Position numbers and translations under genes: made by a program
Notes under the pieces: model-generated
What the model was told of the DNA's origin: nothing
The model's database searches: none
The model's input: the letters and a program-made list of their open reading frames with translations, nothing else
Assembly (NCBI GenBank): GCA_905202125.1
Contig: CAJKQX010000001.1
Span: forward strand, 19,273 to 83,272
DNA from: an uncultured Prevotella sp.
GTDB lineage: Bacteria > Bacteroidota > Bacteroidia > Bacteroidales > Bacteroidaceae
Reading direction: 5' to 3'
DNA length: 64,000 bases
Shown here: positions 47,516-56,464 of the stretch, one piece after another
Position numbering within the stretch: the first letter of the stretch is position 1
How the letters are laid out: every line of letters starts with the position of its first letter

Positions 47516-48676
47516 TCATTTAATTACCGTTGCGGCCAGACGTTTGGCCTTGTCCCTCAGTGCGTCGGTGCTGCTGTCGGTATCGCCGTAGCACAGCACC
47601 ACACCCATGCGGCGGTTGACGTGTTGCTGCTGTTTGCCGAAGATGCGGATGCGAGTGTGATCCTCTTTCAGCGCGTCGAGCAGATTGTATTGCGGTTCGT
47701 GGTCAGCCTCTTCTTTGGCCAGTACCACTGCGCTTGCACCTGCATGTTCGAGGTGAATGCCCGGAATGGGTAGTCCCATAACGGTGCGGAAATGAAGCTC
47801 AAACTCGTTGAGGTTGAGCGTATGACCCAATGTCACCATGCCCGTGTCGTGTGGACGGGGAGACAACTCGGAGAATATCACGCCCTTGTCGCGGCTCAGG
47901 AAGAACTCCACTCCCCATATGCCTGCACCCGTGAGGGCTGCTGTCACGGCGCCTGCCATAGCCTGTGCCTCTTTCAGGTCGCTCTCGCTGATGGCGAATG
48001 GTTGCCAGCTCTCGCGATAGTCGCCGCTGATCTGTACGTGACCGATGGGCGGACAGAAGAGTGTCGGACCATCTTTCTGTGTCACGGTGAGCAGTGTGAA
48101 CTCGCTGTCAAAGTGAATGAATTCCTCGATGATGATTTCCTTCACGTCTCCGCGGCTGCCTTCCATCGCATCGTTGAAGGCCTTCTCGAGGTCCTCCTCT
48201 TTCTTCACGATGCTCTGACCGTGGCCCGATGACGACATGAGAGGTTTGATAACGCACGGGAAACCAATCTCTTTGGAGTGCTCGCGGAGCTGCTCCAACG
48301 TTGTGGCATAGAAATATTTGGCAGTCTTGAGTCCCAACTCTTTGGCAGCAAGGTCGCGTATGGCCTTACGGTTCATGGTGTAGTTCACGGCTTTGGCGCT
48401 CGGAACCACCTGTATGCCCTGCTTCTCGAAGTCGAAGAGACGCTCGGTACGGATGGCCTCAATCTCCGGGACGATGATGTCGGGCTGATGCTTACGTACC
48501 ACCTCTTCCAGTTTGTCACCATCGAGCATGCTGAATACCTCGCATTCGTCAGCTACCTGCATGGCTGGCGCACCGGCATATCTGTCGCATGCTATGACGT
48601 ATTGTCCGGCGCGTTTGGCCGCGATTACGAATTCCTTGCCGAGCTCTCCGGAACCCAATAATAGTATTTTCTTCAT
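47516..48676 (-). CDS. purT: PurT-type ATP-grasp formate-dependent formyltransferase (phosphoribosylglycinamide formyltransferase 2 homologue)
   Basis: 386 aa. Full-length collinear match to PurT: [54 protein letters not shown]. The stop lies 1 nt from the fdtA start. Confidence 0.8.
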   Translation of the reverse strand: MKKILLLGSGELGKEFVIAAKRAGQYVIACDRYAGAPAMQVADECEVFSMLDGDKLEEVVRKHQPDIIVPEIEAIRTERLFDFEKQGIQVVPSAKAVNYTMNRKAIRDLAAKELGLKTAKYFYATTLEQLREHSKEIGFPCVIKPLMSSSGHGQSIVKKEEDLEKAFNDAMEGSRGDVKEIIIEEFIHFDSEFTLLTVTQKDGPTLFCPPIGHVQISGDYRESWQPFAISESDLKEAQAMAGAVTAALTGAGIWGVEFFLSRDKGVIFSELSPRPHDTGMVTLGHTLNLNEFELHFRTVMGLPIPGIHLEHAGASAVVLAKEEADHEPQYNLLDALKEDHTRIRIFGKQQQHVNRRMGVVLCYGDTDSSTDALRDKAKRLAATVIK

Positions 48677-48686
48677 ATTATGATTA

Positions 48687-48980
48687 TTATATTGTTTGTT
48701 TTATCATTTGCCATTCGGGTGTGACGGCCAGTTTTCTTATCCCGCTCGTGATGATGCCGTCCGCCTCGTCTGTGGTCAGTCCGTGTCTATCGGCAATCTT
48801 CTGCGTTGAGAGTCTGTCCGTTCCCGGGAGTCCGAAAAATTCCTTCACCATCGTCTCCTGTTCCGCCGGGAGCAGTCGGAGGATGTGTTCCATGTAGTGG
48901 GCTGTCTTCTTGTCTACGCTGTCCGGATTGGTTCCCAACCGTGATAAGAACGCTTTCAGCTCCTCGGAGATTATGTCCAT
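48687..48980 (-). CDS. small sigma-70 region-4-like HTH protein
   Basis: 97 aa. [28 protein letters not shown] resembles sigma region 4.2. It sits between rmlB and purT. Confidence 0.35.
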   Translation of the reverse strand: MDIISEELKAFLSRLGTNPDSVDKKTAHYMEHILRLLPAEQETMVKEFFGLPGTDRLSTQKIADRHGLTTDEADGIITSGIRKLAVTPEWQMIKQTI

Positions 48981-48981
48981 C

Positions 48982-50130
48982 TTATCTTCCGGCGTACATT
49001 TGTTCGTAATATTTCTGATAGTCGCCGCTTGTCACCTCTTTTATCCATTGCTGGTTCTCGAGGTTCCAGTGAATTGTCTTTACTATGCCGTCGGCAAACT
49101 TGGTCTCGGGATACCATCCCAACTCGTTCTTTATCTTTGTGGGATCGATGGCGTAGCGCTGGTCATGACCCAGTCTGTCGGCCACGAAGGTGATGAGATC
49201 CTCGTTTATCCAGTCGATGGCAATGTCTCCGTTGGCGTCGGTCACCTGTTTCTTGAGCACCTTTCTCATCTCCTTGTTTTCAGCCATGATGTCGTGGATG
49301 GTCTTTATGGTGAGCTTCACGATGTCGATATTCTTCATCTCGTTGTGTCCGCCCACGTTGTACACCTGTCCGTCGCGACCCTCTCGCACCACCATGTCGA
49401 TGGCCTTGCAGTGATCCTCTACGTACAGCCAGTCGCGCACGTTCTCACCCTTGCCGTACACCGGCAGCTTCTTGCCTTCGAGAATATTGTTTATGATCAG
49501 CGGAATGAGTTTCTCGGGAAAATGATACGGACCGTAGTTGTTGGAGCATCGGGTGATGGTCACGGGCATGTGGTAAGTGTCATGATAAGCCATCACGATG
49601 AGGTCGGCGCTCGTTTTGGATGCGCTGTACGGGCTATGCGGGCACAGCGGAGTCTCTTCGGTGAAATAGCCAGTCTCGCCCAGCGATCCGTACACCTCGT
49701 CGGTGGCCACCTGATGGAATCTCTTGCCCGCCTTCCATGTGGGATATCCGGTGTCGTCCTTGCCTGTCACCCACGCCCGACGGGCCGCGTCGAGCAGGTT
49801 TTGGGTGCCGAGGATGTTGACCGAGAGAAACAGTTGCGGGTCCTCGATGCTGCGGTCCACGTGGCTTTCGGCTGCGAAATTCACCACATAGTCGATATCG
49901 TTCTCTTCGAATATCTTGTCTGCCAGGGCACGGTCTCTGATGTCGCCGCGAATGAAGAAGCAACGCTTGTCGTCGATGTCGTCCTTTATTGTTCCCAGAT
50001 TGCCTGCGTATGTGAGCAAGTCAAGGATGATAATCTTGATATCTTCGTCTTTGTATTTCTTGTAGAGAAGATATTTGATGAAATTAGCTCCGATAAAACC
50101 GGCTGCTCCGGTCACTAAGTACGTTTTCAT
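48982..50130 (-). CDS. rfbB: dTDP-glucose 4,6-dehydratase
   Basis: 382 aa. GAAGFIGANF Rossmann motif, YSASK catalytic motif, extended SDR. Confidence 0.93.
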   Translation of the reverse strand: MKTYLVTGAAGFIGANFIKYLLYKKYKDEDIKIIILDLLTYAGNLGTIKDDIDDKRCFFIRGDIRDRALADKIFEENDIDYVVNFAAESHVDRSIEDPQLFLSVNILGTQNLLDAARRAWVTGKDDTGYPTWKAGKRFHQVATDEVYGSLGETGYFTEETPLCPHSPYSASKTSADLIVMAYHDTYHMPVTITRCSNNYGPYHFPEKLIPLIINNILEGKKLPVYGKGENVRDWLYVEDHCKAIDMVVREGRDGQVYNVGGHNEMKNIDIVKLTIKTIHDIMAENKEMRKVLKKQVTDANGDIAIDWINEDLITFVADRLGHDQRYAIDPTKIKNELGWYPETKFADGIVKTIHWNLENQQWIKEVTSGDYQKYYEQMYAGR

Positions 50131-50208
50131 ATTGTTTGTTTTTTATAAGTTTTCGATTAATCCCCTGTGTGGGCTTTTATGAGCTATATGATTTTTATAT
50201 TACACATA

Positions 50209-50718
50209 TTATAAATTATCCTTGCGCGGGTCGTGCAGCGTGACCACCTCGCAATCGCTCATCTTGCTGCCGTCGATGGTTAGTCGGACGATGGTACGGT
50301 CCTTGTGCCATCCTTGCAATCCGGCGGCTCCGGGGTTGATGTGGAGCAGTCCGAGCGACTTGTCGTATTGCACTTTGAGTATGTGTGAGTGTCCGCTGAC
50401 AAACAGTTGGGGTGGCGAGGCATATATCCGTCGGCGTATGCTCGGGTCGTAGTTGCCCGGATAACCGCCGATATGCTTCATGAGCACATCCACGTCCTCG
50501 CACTTGAATCTCAGTATTTCAGGATACATCAGTCTCAGGTCGCCTCCGTCGCAGTTGCCGCAGACGGCTCTGAACGTGCGGAATGCTGCCAGACGTTCGG
50601 CCAGTTCGGTCGAGCAGATATCCCCTGCATGCCATATCTCGTCGCATTCTTCGAAATATTTCAGATAACGGTCGTCCCAGTATGAGTGCGTGTCGCTTAT
50701 TATGCCTATTCTTTTCAT
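50209..50718 (-). CDS. metallophosphoesterase (YfcE-like MPP family)
   Basis: 169 aa. ISDTHS ... GDI ... GNCD ... GHSH motifs. Confidence 0.7.
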   Translation of the reverse strand: MKRIGIISDTHSYWDDRYLKYFEECDEIWHAGDICSTELAERLAAFRTFRAVCGNCDGGDLRLMYPEILRFKCEDVDVLMKHIGGYPGNYDPSIRRRIYASPPQLFVSGHSHILKVQYDKSLGLLHINPGAAGLQGWHKDRTIVRLTIDGSKMSDCEVVTLHDPRKDNL

Positions 50719-50855
50719 TGTGTCGGGCTCGCCCCGGATGCGTATTGAAATGTGTGATATGTCACGTCAAATTAGCGTGTCAATTCCGAGGTGCAGATTG
50801 CATTGCAAAGATACTGCAATTATTTAGATTGTGCAAAAATACGATGAAAATAACC

Positions 50856-50883
50856 CCAAGAGATAGTTGCGTATTCTTAATTA
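50856..50883. repeat. 28-bp element, inverted partner of 59037-59064, with shared promoter-like flank
   Basis: GAGATAGTTGCGTATTCTTAATTATCTC is the exact reverse complement of 59037-59064. A shared AAATGTTAATTTTG (TAnnTTTG-like) motif lies 15 nt upstream of each copy. Confidence 0.8.
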
Positions 50884-51113
50884 TCTCACAGTATTCGGGT
50901 GCCAAAATTAACATTTCGCTCCAAATTTCATAAATGTCAAAAATGAAATCGTCCAATCGGATGTAGGGCTGAAGGCCCGAAAAGCGCTCAGCCCGGGGCA
51001 AAGCGAAACGAAGTGGAGCGACGCACCGGGCTTGAATGAATTGAGAAGATTGCGCGTTGAAGGCGCAAAAGCGTTAATAACAACATGTCACAGTCATTGA
51101 GCAAAATCTATGT

Positions 51114-51734
51114 TCATCCCAATTTCTTCTTTATAAACATCTTGATTATCTCCGCCGTGTCCTCCATTCCCAAGCGGCTCGAGTTGATGCAGAGGTCGTA
51201 CGACGCGGAGTGTCCCCATTTCTTGCCGGTGTAATAATTGTAATAGTTGGCGCGCTCGTTTTCTCTCGTTGTGATGATTCTGATGGCCGTTTCCTTGTCG
51301 CATCCGCGCTCGTCGGCTATTCTGGCGGCGCGCTCGTCGATATCGGCGGAGATGAAGATGCTCACCATGCGCGGGTTGTCACGCAGCACGTAGTCGGCAC
51401 ATCTGCCCACAAAGACGCACGAGCGCTCCTCGGCAGCCTTGCGTATGGCGTCGCTCTGAAACTGGAACAGACTCTCTTGCGAAAGTTTGTTATTATAGAA
51501 ACTTGAACTTGAGAGAAAGGGCATGTGGGTGTACACCGTGGATTTGAAGAATCCTTTCTGCTCATCGTTCTCTTTGAAAAAAGACTCGCAGAATCCACTC
51601 TCCTTAGCCGCGAGATTAAGGAGTTCCTTGTCATACAGCTTGCATCCGAACGCTTCGGCCAGTATCGCCGCGATGACATGGCCTCCGCAACCCAATTGTC
51701 TGCCCACGCTGATTATAATGTTATTGTTGTCCAT
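51114..51734 (-). CDS. cytidylate-kinase-like family P-loop protein
   Basis: The ORF is open to 52067, but the conserved N-terminus MDNNNIIISVGRQLGCGGHVIA (P-loop) starts at 51734. The upstream extension overlaps the MATE gene and I treat it as non-coding. Confidence 0.55.
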   Translation of the reverse strand: MDNNNIIISVGRQLGCGGHVIAAILAEAFGCKLYDKELLNLAAKESGFCESFFKENDEQKGFFKSTVYTHMPFLSSSSFYNNKLSQESLFQFQSDAIRKAAEERSCVFVGRCADYVLRDNPRMVSIFISADIDERAARIADERGCDKETAIRIITTRENERANYYNYYTGKKWGHSASYDLCINSSRLGMEDTAEIIKMFIKKKLG

Positions 51735-51745
51735 TGGTGATTTCT

Positions 51746-53097
51746 CTATGTTGTTTTTTTGAATTTTTTCATATATACAGCCATTATCCACGCTGCGACG
51801 ATGGCTGCAATGGCATCGGATGCCGGCATGGCTCCCCACACGCCGTCCACTCCGAAGAAGTGGGGCAGAATGGCGAGCAACGGCAAGAGAAACAGCAGTT
51901 GGCGCGACAGCGAGAGGAAAATGCTTATCTTCGCTTTGCCGATACTCTGAAAGAAATTGGTGATGACCATCTGATAGCCTACCAGAGGGAATGTCACCAT
52001 GATGATCCTTATGCCTTTTACCGACAGCGAGATGAGTGTTTCGTCTGTGGTGAAGAGCCGTGCACATACGTCAGGGATAGCCATTGCGATGACGAATCCC
52101 GTGGTCATGATGGCTGTGGCGGCTATCATCGCCAGTTTGAGTACGCGCATCAGGCGGTCGAAATGTTGTGCACCGTAATTATAGCCCGCTATGGGCTGCA
52201 TGCCCTGATTGACTCCCATGTTTATCATCACGAAAATGAATGCCACCCTGTTGGCTATGCCGAAAGCACCCACGGCGAGGTCGCCGCTGTACTCCACGAG
52301 ACTGTTGTTGATGAAGATCACGATGATGCAGGCGCACACGTTCATCGAGAAGGGTGACAGGCCGATGGAAATAATGTTCCTCACGATGTTGTCATCCAAT
52401 CGGTATATGCCCCGTTTGAGATGCAGCGGTTCGCGCTTGTCGCTCATGATACGCAGTTGCCACACGAGTGCCAATGTCTGCGACAGTATGGTGGCGTAGG
52501 CTGCTCCGCGTATGCCGAGGTCAAGCCCCCAGATGAAAAGGGGGTCGAGTACGGAGTTCATCACCACCGTAAAGATGGTCATATACATGGCGTTGCGCGG
52601 TTTGCCCACCGCCCTGAGTATGGCGTTCATGCCAAAGAACATGTGGGTTATCACGTTGCCCGTTAGTATTATGACCATATAGTCGCGGGCGTAAGGGATG
52701 GTCTGGTCGCTCGCACCGAAAAATCTGAGTATCTCATCGAGAAACATCAGAGGAATGAATCCCACGCACAGACCGATGATGATGTTCAGGGTCATACAGT
52801 TGCCCAGGATGTGTTGTGCCGTTTTATAGTCTTTCTGACCCAGTTTGACCGACAGATATGTGGATGCGCCCACACCTATCGCTGCGCCGAATGCAGCCGT
52901 GAGGTTCATGAACGGGAACGTGATGGCCAGGCCGGATATGGCCATCGGGCCTACTCCTTGTCCTATAAATATGCTATCCACCATGTTGTAGAGCGATGCC
53001 GCGGTCATGGCGATGATGGCCGGTATGGCGTATTGCATGAGCAGACGGCCTACCGGTTTGGTTCCTAATTCGAGTGTTGCTTGTCTGTTATCCATAA
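51746..53097 (-). CDS. MATE-family efflux transporter
   Basis: 12 TM segments. Start chosen at MDNRQATLELGTKPVGRLLMQYAIPAI; the ORF is open to 53173. Confidence 0.85.
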
Positions 53098-53207
53098 TGT
53101 TCTGATTCGTTGCAAAGTTACTCCAAATAGTAAACATGGCAAAGCGACGGCTGTCCTTTTTTTTGTATCCCATCGCCTTGACATGACAGGACGGTCAGCC
53201 TCGGCCA

Positions 53208-54182
53208 TTATGCCAGCCTTATTATATAATAACCTACAAACACAACCAACAGGGCGGTGCCTTCCCAGCGCTGTATGGTGTACTTGGTGAACGAGAAAAG
53301 CCACAGCAGTATCATCGACAACACCATCACCGAGAAATCCGTCATCCAGATGCCCTCCATCTGCATGGGGCAGATGGCGCCCGTGGCGCCGAGCACGAGG
53401 AGTATGTTGAACACATTAGACCCCAACACATTGCCTATGGCTATGCCGCTGTTGCCCTTGTGGGCGGCCACCACGCTTGTGGCAAGTTCGGGTAGCGATG
53501 TGCCCATAGCCACTATGGTGAGACCGATCACGGCCTCGCTCACTCCGAAAGAGCCGGCCACGTAGGTCGCTCCCTCCACAAAGATGTTGCTGCCCACGAT
53601 GAGACACACCAGTCCGAGGGGTATCAGTATCAGCGGCGACTGAGGATGGAACAGGGCATGGAGCTTGCTTTTGGGTTTCTCGATTGCGGCTTGTGTTGTC
53701 TCGGTCTGAACGGCGCCGACAGTTGTCGGGGCCTCTTGCTTGGCTCCGGTGAGAGTGATATACATGAACGCCGCAAACATCACGAGCAGCACCGCCGCAT
53801 CCACGCGCGACAGATTGCCGTCGTAGCACAGCATCATCAGCAGGGCCGAGGCCATCATGGCAAACGGTATGTCTTTTCTCACCGCGGTGTGGAGTATGGT
53901 TATCGGTGCCACCATGGCAGCGGCACCAACAATGACGAGCGTATTGAATATGTTGCTGCCCACGATGTTGCCCACTGCAAGGTCGGACGTACCCTTTACG
54001 GCCGACACCAAGCTCACGCAAAACTCCGGCATCGACGTGCCTATGGCAACTATCGTCAGCCCTATCACTATCTGCGGTACCTTCAACCGTTCGGCCACCG
54101 TCACGGCTCCTTCGGTCAGTCGGTCGGCTCCCCACAACACCAAAACTATTCCTGCAATGATAAACGAAATATTCAAAAACAT
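53208..54182 (-). CDS. Ca2+/Na+ antiporter (CaCA / YrbG family)
   Basis: 324 aa. Two alpha-repeat regions with GNIVGSNIFN and GNVLGSNVFN motifs. Confidence 0.8.
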   Translation of the reverse strand: MFLNISFIIAGIVLVLWGADRLTEGAVTVAERLKVPQIVIGLTIVAIGTSMPEFCVSLVSAVKGTSDLAVGNIVGSNIFNTLVIVGAAAMVAPITILHTAVRKDIPFAMMASALLMMLCYDGNLSRVDAAVLLVMFAAFMYITLTGAKQEAPTTVGAVQTETTQAAIEKPKSKLHALFHPQSPLILIPLGLVCLIVGSNIFVEGATYVAGSFGVSEAVIGLTIVAMGTSLPELATSVVAAHKGNSGIAIGNVLGSNVFNILLVLGATGAICPMQMEGIWMTDFSVMVLSMILLWLFSFTKYTIQRWEGTALLVVFVGYYIIRLA

Positions 54183-54343
54183 ACCTTATTATATTATATA
54201 TAAATGAAAAATTTTACTGCGAAAATATTGTTTTCTATCCGCCGCATACCATTGCGGCAAACTTTGGAAATGTAAAAGTACAAAATATTCATCACAATTC
54301 TGTGTGCGCTAATCATTATTTTTCTTACTTTTGCACAAACAAT

Positions 54344-55651
54344 ATGCCGAAGATGCAAAAATCCCTGACACTTTACGAACTCAACAATCTCGTTGCGGAG
54401 GTTGTCCGCACCACCATGCCCGATGAGTATTGGGTGGAGGCCGAGATATCCGAGCTGCGTGAGGTGCGCGGTCATTGCTACATGGAACTGGTGCAGAAGG
54501 ACCTCATGGGCGTCACGCCTGTGGCGCGGGCCTCGGCCAAGTGCTGGCGCACCACGTGGCTGAAGGTGCGCGACGAGTTTGAACGCGTGACGCGTAGCAC
54601 GTTGCATCGCGGCATGAAGGTGATGCTGTGCGTGTATGCAGATTTTCACGAGGCATACGGTTTTTCATGGATAGTGACCGATATCAATCCCGAATACACG
54701 ATGGGCGACATGGCCCGCCGACGTCAGGAAACCATCAACAGACTGAAGGCTGAGGGCGTTTTTAATTTGCAACGCGAACTCACACTGCCCCTCTTTGCCC
54801 AGCGCGTGGCCGTGGTGTCGAGCGAGAAAGCGGCCGGCTATGGTGATTTCTGTCGTCATCTGGCGGACAATAGTTATGGGTTCGCTTTCGATGTGCATCT
54901 TTTTCAGGCCGCCATGCAAGGCGAGTCGGTAGGTCCGGCGATAATCGCGGCCCTCGAGCATATCTATTGCAGCATGGACGACTACGATGTGGTGGTGATA
55001 ATAAGGGGTGGAGGCGCCACGAGCGATCTGTCGGGATTTGACTCGTTCGAGTTGGCAGAGAATGTTGCCAATTTTCCTCTTCCGGTGGTTACGGGGGTGG
55101 GACATGACCGTGACGAGACGGTGCTCGACCTCGTGTCGGCTGTCAGTGTGAAGACGCCGACGGCCGCCGCCGCTTATCTTATCGACCGTCTGGCTGCGGT
55201 GTCGGCCCGTATCGATGACGCCGCGGAGTGCGTATCGAGGTGTGCTCAGCGCCGTATGGAGTATGAGCGTATGCGTCTGGGGCGTCTGGCTGATGTGCTG
55301 CCCGGTCTGTTCTCGCTCACGAAGAGCCGCGAGACGGCGCGTCTCGACCGTCTCCATGACACCATTGCTTCCGCCTCCGCGCAACGCATTGTCTCAGCCC
55401 GACATTCCACCGACACGATGGCGGAGCGCATACACACCGCGGCCCGCAGTATGATGGCGGAGCAAAACCATCGTGTCGATCTTCTCAGCCATCGCATCAA
55501 GGCGGCCGACCCGTACTTGCTGCTCAAACGCGGATACAGTATCACGCTGCACAACGGCCGCGCCGTGTATGACGCATCGCAGCTTGGCGATGGTGACACA
55601 TTAGAGACCATAGTGAACAAGGGTAGGGTGAAATCGGTGGTAAGGAAATGA
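54344..55651 (+). CDS. xseA: exodeoxyribonuclease VII large subunit
   Basis: OB-fold N-terminus (LTLYELNNLVAEVV), catalytic core, coiled C-terminal region. The ORF is open from the GTG at 54302; ATG at 54344 preferred. Confidence 0.85.
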   Translation: MPKMQKSLTLYELNNLVAEVVRTTMPDEYWVEAEISELREVRGHCYMELVQKDLMGVTPVARASAKCWRTTWLKVRDEFERVTRSTLHRGMKVMLCVYADFHEAYGFSWIVTDINPEYTMGDMARRRQETINRLKAEGVFNLQRELTLPLFAQRVAVVSSEKAAGYGDFCRHLADNSYGFAFDVHLFQAAMQGESVGPAIIAALEHIYCSMDDYDVVVIIRGGGATSDLSGFDSFELAENVANFPLPVVTGVGHDRDETVLDLVSAVSVKTPTAAAAYLIDRLAAVSARIDDAAECVSRCAQRRMEYERMRLGRLADVLPGLFSLTKSRETARLDRLHDTIASASAQRIVSARHSTDTMAERIHTAARSMMAEQNHRVDLLSHRIKAADPYLLLKRGYSITLHNGRAVYDASQLGDGDTLETIVNKGRVKSVVRK

Positions 55652-55672
55652 TTTTACACATTATATTATATT

Positions 55673-55867
55673 ATGGCAAAAGAAAACATCAGATACGAAG
55701 AGGCTGTGAGCCGACTGGAGGAGATAGCCGACAAGATGGAGAGTGGAAAGATGGATATCGACACTCTGTGTGCCGAGCTTAAAACGGCACAGAAACTGAT
55801 AAAGATGTGCAGGGACAAACTGACCCGCACCGACGTGGAAATCAAGAAGATACTTGACGATAAATGA
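55673..55867 (+). CDS. xseB: exodeoxyribonuclease VII small subunit
   Basis: 64 aa. YEEAVSRLEEIADKMESG motif. Immediately follows xseA. Confidence 0.85.
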   Translation: MAKENIRYEEAVSRLEEIADKMESGKMDIDTLCAELKTAQKLIKMCRDKLTRTDVEIKKILDDK

Positions 55868-56134
55868 ACGGCACATATTGGCCCGTGGCGGCCCGGCGAT
55901 AATGACTATTTGTATGTGATTGGCATGCAAATAGTGTTAATATGTTGATATGTATCATTTATTTAAATAATTTTTGAAAATAAAGGGGATTTGTTTGTAA
56001 CTATGCTTAATTTGTTTTAAATTTGCAATTACTAAACTTATCGCTCTGCCGACGATATGAAAATGATGACTCGTCGTAGTATCATTTTTTGAGCTTATTT
56101 TTTTGATAAAAAGTAGTTCTTAATAACATTTTTA

Positions 56135-56142
56135 CCCCCCCC
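56135..56142. repeat. C8 homopolymeric tract
   Basis: TTTACCCCCCCCATTTTTTGGG, about 80 bp upstream of the small acidic ORF and about 320 bp upstream of the 806-aa T9SS protein. Confidence 0.9.
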
Positions 56143-56218
56143 ATTTTTTGGGAGTGGTGATTATAAGGGGAGGGTGAGGTAAAATGGAATTTATTATTAA
56201 CTTATTAGGGGAGTAAAT

Positions 56219-56392
56219 ATGAAAAAAGAAGCTTATGCAAAACCGTGCATAGATGTAGTCATCATGCACGTAGAGAATTTTATGATGCTTTCGACGTATG
56301 ATAATGGCGGTGGCACAAAGATTCTTATCCAACACCAAAATCCTACCGACGACGGTATTTATGACGATGAATATGGTGATTACGATGATTAA
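56219..56392 (+). CDS. small hypothetical ORF with acidic Tyr/Asp-rich tail
   Basis: 57 aa, MKKEAYAKPCIDVVIMHVENFMMLSTYDNGGGTKILIQHQNPTDDGIYDDEYGDYDD. Below the track cutoff. Preceded by GGGGAG. Upstream of the T9SS protein. Confidence 0.15.
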   Translation: MKKEAYAKPCIDVVIMHVENFMMLSTYDNGGGTKILIQHQNPTDDGIYDDEYGDYDD

Positions 56393-56464
56393 AGAGAATT
56401 AAAGTCTAAATTCACAACATTCAAAAACAATTTTTTTTCTAACTATACATTATCTTATCTTATT

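Noticed and set aside
45944-50118. Long plus-strand ORFs (376 aa at 45944-47074, 402 aa at 48910-50118, others) opposite fdtB, purT and rmlB
   Set aside because: Antisense shadows in a GC-richer block. Their translations are Arg/His/Cys-rich nonsense. The minus-strand genes carry canonical motifs.
51735-52067. N-terminal 111-aa extension of the cytidylate-kinase-like ORF
   Set aside because: It overlaps the MATE transporter coding region in another frame. The conserved P-loop N-terminus starts at 51734.
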